Positions 10,450-18,774 of a DNA stretch of 64,000 bases are shown in pieces. Location: the NCBI GenBank assembly GCA_945895375.1, contig CAMDEE010000002.1, forward strand, positions 164,265 to 228,264, read 5' to 3'. The translations under genes were made by a program, and so were the position numbers. Positions within the stretch are counted from its first letter, which is position 1, and each line of letters starts with the position of its first letter. Source of the DNA: Auritidibacter sp. Marseille-P8566 (GTDB lineage Bacteria > Actinomycetota > Actinomycetes > Actinomycetales > Microbacteriaceae). The notes under the pieces were generated by a model. That model was given only the letters and a program-made list of their open reading frames with translations, had not been told where the DNA came from and made no database searches.

Positions 10450-11901
10450 TTAGTGAACGCTAACTTTCACCAAACCTGAAATGTTCTTGTCATCAAGTAA
10501 CGGCAGAACACCGATACGGCCATCGATATCAATTACTAGGTTCGCAAATACTTCCTTATTAGATGGAATGATTCCCATTGATAAACCAGAACTTGCTCTA
10601 ATTACTTCAGTTGAACCAGCACCGATAGTTCTCTTGACTGTTTCGCCGCCTATTTTTATTGAAATAGTTGTTGGCTTATCCCCTGGGTTAGTAACAGAGA
10701 CCTTACTGATACCTGATTTAGGGACAGCAACATATCGAGGGGTTGAAAAACCTTCAGCAGGATTAATCCAAGAGAAGTCGGTGTAAGCACCTGGAATTGA
10801 TTTACTTCTAACTAAACGAACACTTGAGTGCACTGGAACATCTGAATCTAAAATTCCAAAGTAATCGCCATCAGTGAGCCCCGGTATTTCAAAGTCGCTA
10901 ACCTTGCCTGCACTTGCTTTCACAGAAAGAACAGTTCCAAAAGTATCTTCGGTAGTTCCTAGGACTTGGAAAGTAATAGTTGCATCTTTAGTCCCTGGTA
11001 CGAACACTCTGAGCATCTGAGCAACATCTGAATACTTCTCAGCTGAGTTCTTGAACTTAGCGCTGTCAACTGAACCTCTAATCAAAATGCCAGGAATGAT
11101 GGCCTGCTTACTTGCAGCAGGCGCAGGTGCAACATAGTCAGCACCAGAAGCACTGTTACCTCTAACTGCCTTCTGCTGAATAAGAGCAGTAATTGACCCA
11201 CCCCTACTCACAACATGAACAGCAATTGATTCAGCTCTTAGAACAAAGGAGGAGAGTGGGACAACGGTTGTGTCATTAGCTGGAACAGCTATACCTGAAA
11301 GACCAGCACTATTCGATGTTCCATTCTCGGTAAAAATCTCTAGGTCAACTGTTGAATCAATGCTGGTTGGGTTAGTAAGCACAAGAAGCGCTTCCCTACC
11401 AATGGCAGTTGATCCACCTACCAACCAGAACTCGCTCTGTGGTCTAAGACAAGGAGCAGCTAGCAAACCGGCGAGGGTCTTGCCCTTAGCCATCTGAATC
11501 TGATTAGCAGTAAGCAGTTCAGATCCTTGAGCGCTCTTGCCGGTTTTATCTAAGACAGAAAAGGATGTGAACTTGCTTAGCCGCTTAGTTAGGTCCTGTC
11601 TAACCCCAAAGCCAATAATTGGCTTGGATGATTGCCCCTTTAGTGAAGTGTTCTTAACCTCTGAGTAAGAAAGTGTTCCGCTAGCAGTGGAACTTCTCTT
11701 GAATGAAGAAACAGAAGTTTGGTTCTTACCACCGGCAATAAATGTTGGCCCTATGCAGGTAACCTGCAAATCTTTGGCACTAACCTCATGAACTGCAGAT
11801 TCAACCTTAGGTGTACTAACCAGAGTCAACGGCGTTCCATAAACAACAGCGGCGCTAGCTACTCCTGCAACTAGAAGAAAGCGAAGAATGCGAATAACCA
11901 T
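10450..11901 (-). CDS. secreted/anchored beta-rich protein, DUF5719-like
   Basis: N-terminal signal/anchor helix (ILRFLLVAGVASAAVVYG), then Ser/Thr/Val/Gly-rich beta-type sequence. TAATG overlap with the upstream GT2 gene. The GT2 + DUF5719 pairing is what I recall from other Actinomycetota; not verified by search. Confidence 0.55.
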   Translation of the reverse strand: MVIRILRFLLVAGVASAAVVYGTPLTLVSTPKVESAVHEVSAKDLQVTCIGPTFIAGGKNQTSVSSFKRSSTASGTLSYSEVKNTSLKGQSSKPIIGFGVRQDLTKRLSKFTSFSVLDKTGKSAQGSELLTANQIQMAKGKTLAGLLAAPCLRPQSEFWLVGGSTAIGREALLVLTNPTSIDSTVDLEIFTENGTSNSAGLSGIAVPANDTTVVPLSSFVLRAESIAVHVVSRGGSITALIQQKAVRGNSASGADYVAPAPAASKQAIIPGILIRGSVDSAKFKNSAEKYSDVAQMLRVFVPGTKDATITFQVLGTTEDTFGTVLSVKASAGKVSDFEIPGLTDGDYFGILDSDVPVHSSVRLVRSKSIPGAYTDFSWINPAEGFSTPRYVAVPKSGISKVSVTNPGDKPTTISIKIGGETVKRTIGAGSTEVIRASSGLSMGIIPSNKEVFANLVIDIDGRIGVLPLLDDKNISGLVKVSVH

Positions 11902-14735
11902 TACTGCTCCTCCTCTATTTGGAAACTATCCTCATTCATGGATTGAGCAGACTTCCTTGATTTGCGTCCTCGTGAAGTTGGAAGCGCTAGCAAAATGAAA
12001 GCAACGAGTATTCCTAATTGAACAGACTTAGTAATCGACCAGTAGGTCTGGTTGTCTTTGATATCAAAAGTGTCGCTTGCCTTAACTCGCCATAACTGGC
12101 CAAACTCTGTCGTGCCAACTTGGTCCAGTTCGCTAACTGAGTTCAAACTAACTGCAAGATCAGCATTACCTGGCTTATCAGTTACCAACACATAGCCAAT
12201 GCCCGCTTGCTTTAGAGCTGGGCTTAGATCTTTGCCGTTAGCTGAAACTAGATTACCCACCAGTATTGAGATGGTGTTCTTTAGCTTGTCAGTCGAAAGA
12301 TTCAATACATTTTCAGAGCTAAATCTGTATGCAGTTGAAACTGAATCAAGTCTCAGCCCGTTAGGTCTGACAAGTTCAGCTCTAAACTCTTGGCCTGACT
12401 CCGAGCCATCCTTAGAAATAACAAGTAGTCGAAGATCGTTGCCGGCCTTGGATTCCGCTTCGAAAATTGCAGGAAGATTCCTTGAATCCCCAAAAGTAAT
12501 ATTGGCTGGGGTCATAACTGCACTGACCATAAGTGGTGCTAACCCTCCAACGACAGCAAGAGAAACCAATACTCTTCTTAGCCCAACTCGAGTAATCGAA
12601 TCTAGCCAGATACCTATTGCAACTATCACTAGCAACACCGAAATCATAAGCAACGGTGTTGGGCTAGCAAATACTTCAGTAGCTGAATCCAAGAAGATAG
12701 AGCCAGTTCCACCTGCAGTGAAAGGAATTCCCTGCAGTAACCAGAGATTTCCCAACGCCAATAATGCAATCAGCCAGAGGCTGAAGATTCCTTTGGCTTT
12801 GGACAAAAGAGAAAGTAAACCGAATGCCATAAACCCAATGGCAGCCCAACCAAGAATCTGGTTCTGACCGAATAACGCTTCAAACAAATTAGTTTGCTTA
12901 CTTGGGTAAGAAATAGTTGGATCAGCCAAAACCGCAAGTGGGCTCTGGTTGATGAGCACCTGATGCACAAGATAAGGAGTAACCAGAGCGGCAGCAGGCA
13001 AAACCACTAGAGCAGCGGTAGCAAACCTACCTCTCGATAGCACTGCATAAACACCAGCTAAAACAAGTAGTAGCGGCAAAGCACTAGGAGCACTGACTGC
13101 TGCAACTGCAAACAATAATGCTGCAGCAGCTATCCAAGACCAGCTTTGCGCATTAGATCTAATCGAACTTGTAATTCCTATGCGACCTGCTCTTGCCAAG
13201 GCAAACAAGAGCCAAGGTAACGCAATGCTAAATATCAAAGCTGGAAAATTACCCTCTGATTGCGAAAGAGTAAACGCAGGCCAGAACACATAGATAAGCG
13301 CGAGTGGAATCTTCACCGTGTTTCTAAGCGTCACCGTTGAAAGTAGTCTCCACGCTCCAAAGTAAGCCAGTGGCATTGCCATGAAAAGCACCGCTGCTAA
13401 CCCTAAGTTCGGCGCAAAGAACGTGAGCGAACCTATCAGGAGTAGCACCCAAGCAAAAGGATCACTAGGTGCAGCTAATCCAAAGCCAACGAATTGATAA
13501 CTTGCGCCAGTGTTAGCAAATAGCTGCAGCCAGCTATCGCTTAGCGGAAGCGCAAAGCCACTTTTGACTGCCTGGCCCATAGGAAAGTATTGGAAAGAAA
13601 GAGCAAGTAATCCGAGCATTACCCATAAACCACCGCTAGCACCAAAACTTCGCTGCGTGAGATTAGTTCTAGTTGTTGGAGCTTCTTGGAAGTTAGCCAG
13701 GTTGGTCTTCTGCTCTTCAAGTTCAAAAGCTAAACGAGAGTGAGATTTCACTTGTGCCGAGGTTGCAAATAACGGCTTGATGGATTTTAGTGATGCCCGA
13801 TGGCGATCACGAAGTCTTGCCCTTACTGAAAAGAAAGCCCAGAGATTTGCTCGAAGAGTAAAAAGTATTCGATCTGGCCTTTTCACAAACAACAGTGTTG
13901 CTATCTGCAGAACCGACAGTGCTGGCAGTGAAAGCCAATAAAGGAATGAAACAAACAAAGGTAAATGAGCTAATCTCAAGTGATTAGTGGCTTTAGCCAT
14001 TGCGAACTTCACAGAGCCGCCCAGCCAATTCTTGGCTCTCTGACCTTGCAGTGATAGCTCTGCGTGACGAACTCTAGCTGTTGGAACAACAACGACTCTG
14101 AAGCCAAGTTGATGTGTTCTTATTCCTAGATCTAAATCTGCTGCAAGTTCTGGTGCGACTAGAGAGAATCCTCCAAGTTCTGCCCAGACATTAGCCCTAA
14201 TCAACATCGCATTACTTGAAACAGCCAAGACATCGCTCATCCAGTCATGCTGCTTTTGATCTAGTTCGTCGTTGACAAGAGAGAAAGGCTTGATTGACTT
14301 AGTCAAGGTAAGCCCCTGTTGAACAATCATCTTTGGATTGTCGTAGCCAATTTGTTTTGGTGAAGCTATAGCAACTAGAGGGGAAAGCTCTAAGGCTCTA
14401 ACAAGTTCTGCAAGTGCATGAACTTCCGGAAGTGAATCATCATGCACCAACCAGATTGAAACATCATCTAAGTTCTCGATACCCTCTAAAACCTGTTTGA
14501 TAGCAAGAGCAGATAATTCAGCGAAAGTTGCTTTCTCTTGAATAGTTAGAACAGCATGTTTATTTGATTGAGCAATAAACCCATCAAGGATTGTTGAGAC
14601 TTCAGTTGAGTTTGAACTATCTACGACAAGAGTGCGTTCGATTCTGAAACTCTGTTTTTCAAGAGCTTCTAAATTCTTTTGTAAATAGAGCGGTTGTTCA
14701 TTTGATACAACTACCGCCACCACACGCATACTCAT
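11901..14735 (-). CDS. family-2 glycosyltransferase fused to a large polytopic membrane domain (944 aa)
   Basis: The N-terminal ~300 aa look like the GT-A fold (VVAVVVSNEQPLYLQKNLEAL, VVDSSNS, WLVHDDS DxD-like). At least 12 predicted TM helices follow, then a soluble segment, a final TM and a charged tail. Starts 19 nt after the whiB stop. Confidence 0.75.
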   Translation of the reverse strand: MSMRVVAVVVSNEQPLYLQKNLEALEKQSFRIERTLVVDSSNSTEVSTILDGFIAQSNKHAVLTIQEKATFAELSALAIKQVLEGIENLDDVSIWLVHDDSLPEVHALAELVRALELSPLVAIASPKQIGYDNPKMIVQQGLTLTKSIKPFSLVNDELDQKQHDWMSDVLAVSSNAMLIRANVWAELGGFSLVAPELAADLDLGIRTHQLGFRVVVVPTARVRHAELSLQGQRAKNWLGGSVKFAMAKATNHLRLAHLPLFVSFLYWLSLPALSVLQIATLLFVKRPDRILFTLRANLWAFFSVRARLRDRHRASLKSIKPLFATSAQVKSHSRLAFELEEQKTNLANFQEAPTTRTNLTQRSFGASGGLWVMLGLLALSFQYFPMGQAVKSGFALPLSDSWLQLFANTGASYQFVGFGLAAPSDPFAWVLLLIGSLTFFAPNLGLAAVLFMAMPLAYFGAWRLLSTVTLRNTVKIPLALIYVFWPAFTLSQSEGNFPALIFSIALPWLLFALARAGRIGITSSIRSNAQSWSWIAAAALLFAVAAVSAPSALPLLLVLAGVYAVLSRGRFATAALVVLPAAALVTPYLVHQVLINQSPLAVLADPTISYPSKQTNLFEALFGQNQILGWAAIGFMAFGLLSLLSKAKGIFSLWLIALLALGNLWLLQGIPFTAGGTGSIFLDSATEVFASPTPLLMISVLLVIVAIGIWLDSITRVGLRRVLVSLAVVGGLAPLMVSAVMTPANITFGDSRNLPAIFEAESKAGNDLRLLVISKDGSESGQEFRAELVRPNGLRLDSVSTAYRFSSENVLNLSTDKLKNTISILVGNLVSANGKDLSPALKQAGIGYVLVTDKPGNADLAVSLNSVSELDQVGTTEFGQLWRVKASDTFDIKDNQTYWSITKSVQLGILVAFILLALPTSRGRKSRKSAQSMNEDSFQIEEEQ

Positions 14736-14754
14736 GCCGTGGCCAGTCCTTAGA

Positions 14755-15069
14755 CTAAGCGCGCTTCTTTAGCTTGCGACGTTCGCGCTCGCTTAGACCG
14801 CCCCAGATTCCGAATCTTTCGTCATTAGCTAGTGCATAGTCCAGGCACTGCTTCTGAACGTCGCAACCAGAACAGATGCGCTTGGCATCTCTAGTTGATC
14901 CACCCTTTTCAGGGAAGAAAGCTTCTGGATCTGTCTGTGAGCAAAGAGCATCACGCTGCCAAGCTAACGGGTTGTGATCTGCACTTAGGTCACCACCTAG
15001 TAATGAACGGAGGAATGGGTCCTTAAACCAATCGTCTGGTACTTGGCCAAAGCTCTCGTTCATGGACAT
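14755..15069 (-). CDS. whiB: WhiB-family Fe-S transcription factor (WhiB2/WhmD-like)
   Basis: Four conserved Cys (ALCSQ..., ICSGCDVQKQC), the GIWGG turn and a basic C-terminal tail RERRKLKKRA. GAGGAA SD upstream. Confidence 0.9.
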   Translation of the reverse strand: MSMNESFGQVPDDWFKDPFLRSLLGGDLSADHNPLAWQRDALCSQTDPEAFFPEKGGSTRDAKRICSGCDVQKQCLDYALANDERFGIWGGLSERERRKLKKRA

Positions 15070-15114
15070 GCGGTTCCTCTCAAATCTTCAACTGTGTCGT
15101 TGGTAGATTTCACA

Positions 15115-15128
15115 GTTGTAATTACAAC
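15115..15128. promoter_or_regulatory. perfect 14-bp palindrome GTTGTAATTACAAC in the whiB/galE divergent region
   Basis: Read directly from the sequence. It lies 46-59 nt upstream of the whiB start codon and is flanked by ACAG/CTGT, which extend the symmetry imperfectly. Confidence 0.35.
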
Positions 15129-15240
15129 GCTGTAAGTATTGTGGTGTCAACTTGGGAATAGGTCAAATCGAGAACCGTTATAAAGCCTTAACATTCGGTT
15201 TTTGCCCTATTTTTAGGGCTTTTTGACCTGTAAACACAGA

Positions 15241-15246
15241 TAACCT
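15241..15246 (+). promoter_or_regulatory. candidate -10 box TAACCT for leaderless galE
   Basis: TAACCT at -12..-7 of ATG 15253, no SD. Confidence 0.45.
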
Positions 15247-15252
15247 TAACCC

Positions 15253-16215
15253 ATGAAGATTTTAGTTACCGGTGGTGCCGGATACATCGGATCCCACGTA
15301 ATCAGACAGCTGATTGCTGCAGGACACGAGACAGTAGCCGTTGATGATCTAACCAACGGTATTCAGAAGCGCATCGGTGACACTCCCCTAGTGAAGCTGG
15401 ATTTGGCTTCGCCTGAGGCAACAGATTCTCTAATCAAGGCCTTCAAGGAATACTCGATTGACGGAGTTATTCACCTAGCTGCTCGAAAGGCTGTTGGGGA
15501 ATCAGTTGAACGACCTGAGTATTACTACCAGCAGAACATCAACTCAGTAACCAATCTGCTTTTGGCTATGCGCGAAGCCAAGGTTATGAATATGGTCTTC
15601 TCATCTAGCGCTGCAACATACGGTTCACCTGATGTCGACCAAGTCAACGAAGATTACCTAGCTCGTCCAATCAACCCTTACGGTGAAACCAAATTGGTTG
15701 GTGAGTGGATGATGGCAGATGCAGCCAAGGCTTGGGGTCTAAAAGTAGTTAGCCTTAGATACTTCAACGTTGCTGGTGCTGGCTTCGATGATCTAGCCGA
15801 CACATCGATTGCCAACCTTATTCCAATTGCTTTCAACGCCATCAAAAACAACAAGCCAATCCAAGTTTTCGGAACCGACTGGCCAACTCCTGATGGCAGT
15901 TGCGTTCGTGACTACATCCACGTTCTTGACCTAGCCGATGCACACATCACTGCTCTTGATTACCTTGACCAAGACGTGAGAGAACACTCTGTGTTCAACG
16001 TTGGAACAGGTAAAGGTTCATCAGTTCTGGCAGTAATCGATACTATTCACAAGGTCATTGGCAAAGACTTTGATGTCGACTTAGTCGATAGACGAGCAGG
16101 TGACCCGGCAGCCCTAAGTGCTGATGTGTCGAGGATTGAAAAGGCACTGGGTTGGAAAGCTAAGCACGACTTGACTGATATCGTTTCAAGTCACTACAGA
16201 GCTAGTTCGAACTAA
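15253..16215 (+). CDS. galE: UDP-glucose 4-epimerase
   Basis: Rossmann GGAGYIGSH, catalytic SSSAATYG and YGETK (YxxxK), 320 aa. Confidence 0.92.
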   Translation: MKILVTGGAGYIGSHVIRQLIAAGHETVAVDDLTNGIQKRIGDTPLVKLDLASPEATDSLIKAFKEYSIDGVIHLAARKAVGESVERPEYYYQQNINSVTNLLLAMREAKVMNMVFSSSAATYGSPDVDQVNEDYLARPINPYGETKLVGEWMMADAAKAWGLKVVSLRYFNVAGAGFDDLADTSIANLIPIAFNAIKNNKPIQVFGTDWPTPDGSCVRDYIHVLDLADAHITALDYLDQDVREHSVFNVGTGKGSSVLAVIDTIHKVIGKDFDVDLVDRRAGDPAALSADVSRIEKALGWKAKHDLTDIVSSHYRASSN

Positions 16216-17362
16216 CCGCCATAAACAAGGCTCCATTGCCGCTAAGGCTAAAAGATCTCGCGTCTCCTGCCATAAACACTGCTTCTCCAATGTTGATTAC
16301 TTCTCGCTCACCCTGGCTATTGCTCACTGCTACAGAACCTTCGGTGCATAGCAGGATGGCGTCCCCTGGAAGATTGACATCCGCTAGCAAATTACTAGAT
16401 CCCACACTTGCTCGATAGAAATCAAACTCAGGTGTTGGTAAGTCAAACTTCTCAAAGCCAACTGCCAGTTGCTTAGTTTGAACTAAGGCTGGGTCTGTGC
16501 TTTCGAAGACTAGAACTTTGGATAGTTCTTCAACATCAATGTGCTTAGGGGTCAGGCCTCCACGCAAGACATTGTCACTGGCTAACATGACCTCAACACC
16601 TAACCCCGAAAGATAAGCGTGTGGCATACCTGCCGGGACGAACACTCCTTGTCCCCTAGCTAGACTCATGTGATTCATTAGTAGAGCTGTTGCAATACCT
16701 CTGTCTTTGCCATGGTGCTCACTTAGGTGAACAACAAGATCAACAAGAGAGGGACACTGCTCAGCGGAATCAATCAAATCTGAAACAAAACTCTCATCGC
16801 AGTCTGCTGAGGTAAGCGCATCTAGGAAAACTTTTCTGATGCCTTCTTCACTATCAAGCCAAGAGATCCACTTAGATAGAACTTCGGTTAGCTTCTCGCT
16901 GGTGCTAACTTCCAACAACTCAGAGAACTTTTCTTTGATTAGCGCAGAAGAACTAAACCCCACTAGAGCATCAAAGCGCTCGGTAAGAGCAACAATAAGT
17001 TCAGGCTTAGCCTTGTCATCTTTGTAGTTTCTGTGGGATGCATCAATAGGAATACCAGCAGCGTTTTCTCTAGCAAAACCTTCAATTGCTTGAGCCGGGT
17101 TTGGATGAGCCTGAATAGATAGCGGCGCTTCAGCAGCCAAGATCTTCAAAAGAAAAGGCAGCCTGGAAGTTCTGCCAGTATCTTGAAGCACTGCCTGCAG
17201 AGATGAGTCTGTGCCAACCACCTCGGTAGGTGACCCATCATGGGTTCCAAACCAGATCTCCGCCATGGGCTCGCCTGTTTCAGTTATGCCAAAGTAATCG
17301 CTGATCAGGGTTTTTGACCCCCATGCGTAAGGTAGAGCTTGGTTTGTTAGTTTGACGAGCAT
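16202..17362 (-). CDS. manA: mannose-6-phosphate isomerase, class I
   Basis: YAWGS near the N-terminus, zinc-site LSIQAHPN, HAY motif (MPHAYLSG). Its 3' end overlaps galE by 14 nt. Confidence 0.88.
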   Translation of the reverse strand: MLVKLTNQALPYAWGSKTLISDYFGITETGEPMAEIWFGTHDGSPTEVVGTDSSLQAVLQDTGRTSRLPFLLKILAAEAPLSIQAHPNPAQAIEGFARENAAGIPIDASHRNYKDDKAKPELIVALTERFDALVGFSSSALIKEKFSELLEVSTSEKLTEVLSKWISWLDSEEGIRKVFLDALTSADCDESFVSDLIDSAEQCPSLVDLVVHLSEHHGKDRGIATALLMNHMSLARGQGVFVPAGMPHAYLSGLGVEVMLASDNVLRGGLTPKHIDVEELSKVLVFESTDPALVQTKQLAVGFEKFDLPTPEFDFYRASVGSSNLLADVNLPGDAILLCTEGSVAVSNSQGEREVINIGEAVFMAGDARSFSLSGNGALFMAVSSN

Positions 17363-17368
17363 TTACTA

Positions 17369-17374
17369 AGCCTA
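17369..17374 (-). promoter_or_regulatory. candidate -10 box TAGGCT for leaderless manA
   Basis: The minus strand reads TAGGCT at -12..-7 of ATG 17362, no SD. Confidence 0.45.
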
Positions 17375-17427
17375 ACTAAGGGCACTTCAGGTAAGCCGTT
17401 GCCACCCATAGACTTGGGGCAGGGAAA

Positions 17428-18774
17428 ATGACTAAAACAAAGAAAAACAAACTCAAGAAGCCTGGGCCTTTGGCCCGTGCCGTGGCATACCTTTCCCTAG
17501 TCGTTCTTATTTCAGGGGATTCACTTTTTGGTGAGGATTACATCAGAGCTAACTTTGTGTGGGGCTTATGGCTTCTAGGGGCTATTGCAACAGTCGTTGG
17601 CGGCACATACTTTCTAATCAAAGCCGATTGGAGAAGGGTCATTAGGCAGATGCCTATTGAACTCAACCTTCTTCTTGCCCCAATGATCGCAAGTTCAACC
17701 TGGTCTGTATACCCACTGCAGACAGTGAGCAGCTTCGTCATTCAAATGGGTGTGACAGTCATTGCTCTTTTCTATGCTGCAACTTTCAGCTGGCGACAAA
17801 TATTAGTTATCTTTGCCAACACCATCAGAGGCATTGTTTACGGAATGCTAGCAATCGCTGTCTTCTCAACGATCTTCCCCAACGCAAGGTATGCCTTTGC
17901 TGAAAGTGAAAACTATTTAGACGGTGGCCTAATCAGGTTGATGCTTGGTAACCCAAACCTGGTGAGCAATAACTATGTTGCCGCTTGGGCTCTAATTGGT
18001 GTGATTACTTTTGCTATTGAAGCAGCAGTAAAGAAAAAGACGCGCACACTCAGTATCATCAGCTTGGTTGCAGCAGTCATATTAGTTTTTGTCTCAAAAT
18101 CAGCAGGAATGATTTTTGCGTCAGTAGCCGTTCTGCTCGCAGCTATTGTTTCTTTGGCTGCTGAAGGAAAAGACAAGGCAACTCGTCACAGGTATTACCA
18201 CATCGCTTGGTCTATAGCTGGAATCGGTGTTTTCTTAGTTCTGGTATTTAGAAGACAGGTCTTTGAGTTCTTGGGTAAATCTCCTGATATGACTCACCGC
18301 ACTGATATCTGGGAAAGTGTTGTCTCGCTTATTGAGCAAAGAGCTTTAGAGGGTTGGGGCTTCATTGGAGCTTGGGTGCCAGGAGTAAAGCCTTACGAAG
18401 GTTTGATTGTCATCAATGGCGAAAAGTATTACCAAGCGCATAACGCCTACTTGGATATTTGGCTTCAGCTTGGCGCTGTTGGGCTTATCCTTTTCGGGAT
18501 TCTCTTAACTCGCGTCTTTGTGAAAACCTGGCGTTTAGGAGTTCACCACTCCAACGCGCTTTATCTCTGGCCACTTCTAATACTCATGACCCAGTTAGTA
18601 AGAGGAATCACAGAATCAAGATTCCTAATTGGATCAGCGATGATGCTGTTAATCCTGTTTGCAGTGAAGTCTTACGATCCAGAAAAACTCTTAGAAGAGA
18701 ATTCAAAGAAGCCTAAGCGCAAACAGCTTGAGCAGATCGGTAGAGGCCCGATTACTCGTTTGATCAGACGCTAA
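17428..18774 (+). CDS. O-antigen ligase (Wzy_C) family polytopic membrane protein
   Basis: About 10-12 TM helices. The loop YYQAHNAYLDIWLQLGAVGLILF matches the H-N-x-x-L-x-x-x-x-x-x-G-x-x-G signature of the Wzy_C domain. TAGACT lies at -19..-14. Confidence 0.8.
   Translation: MTKTKKNKLKKPGPLARAVAYLSLVVLISGDSLFGEDYIRANFVWGLWLLGAIATVVGGTYFLIKADWRRVIRQMPIELNLLLAPMIASSTWSVYPLQTVSSFVIQMGVTVIALFYAATFSWRQILVIFANTIRGIVYGMLAIAVFSTIFPNARYAFAESENYLDGGLIRLMLGNPNLVSNNYVAAWALIGVITFAIEAAVKKKTRTLSIISLVAAVILVFVSKSAGMIFASVAVLLAAIVSLAAEGKDKATRHRYYHIAWSIAGIGVFLVLVFRRQVFEFLGKSPDMTHRTDIWESVVSLIEQRALEGWGFIGAWVPGVKPYEGLIVINGEKYYQAHNAYLDIWLQLGAVGLILFGILLTRVFVKTWRLGVHHSNALYLWPLLILMTQLVRGITESRFLIGSAMMLLILFAVKSYDPEKLLEENSKKPKRKQLEQIGRGPITRLIRR

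Noticed and set aside
12199-12867. 222-aa plus-strand ORF inside the GT2-polytopic gene
   Set aside because: Shadow ORF opposite a membrane-protein gene. The product is low-complexity (Ser/Pro/Ala/Leu), has no SD or -10 box, and the minus-strand frame carries coherent TM helices.
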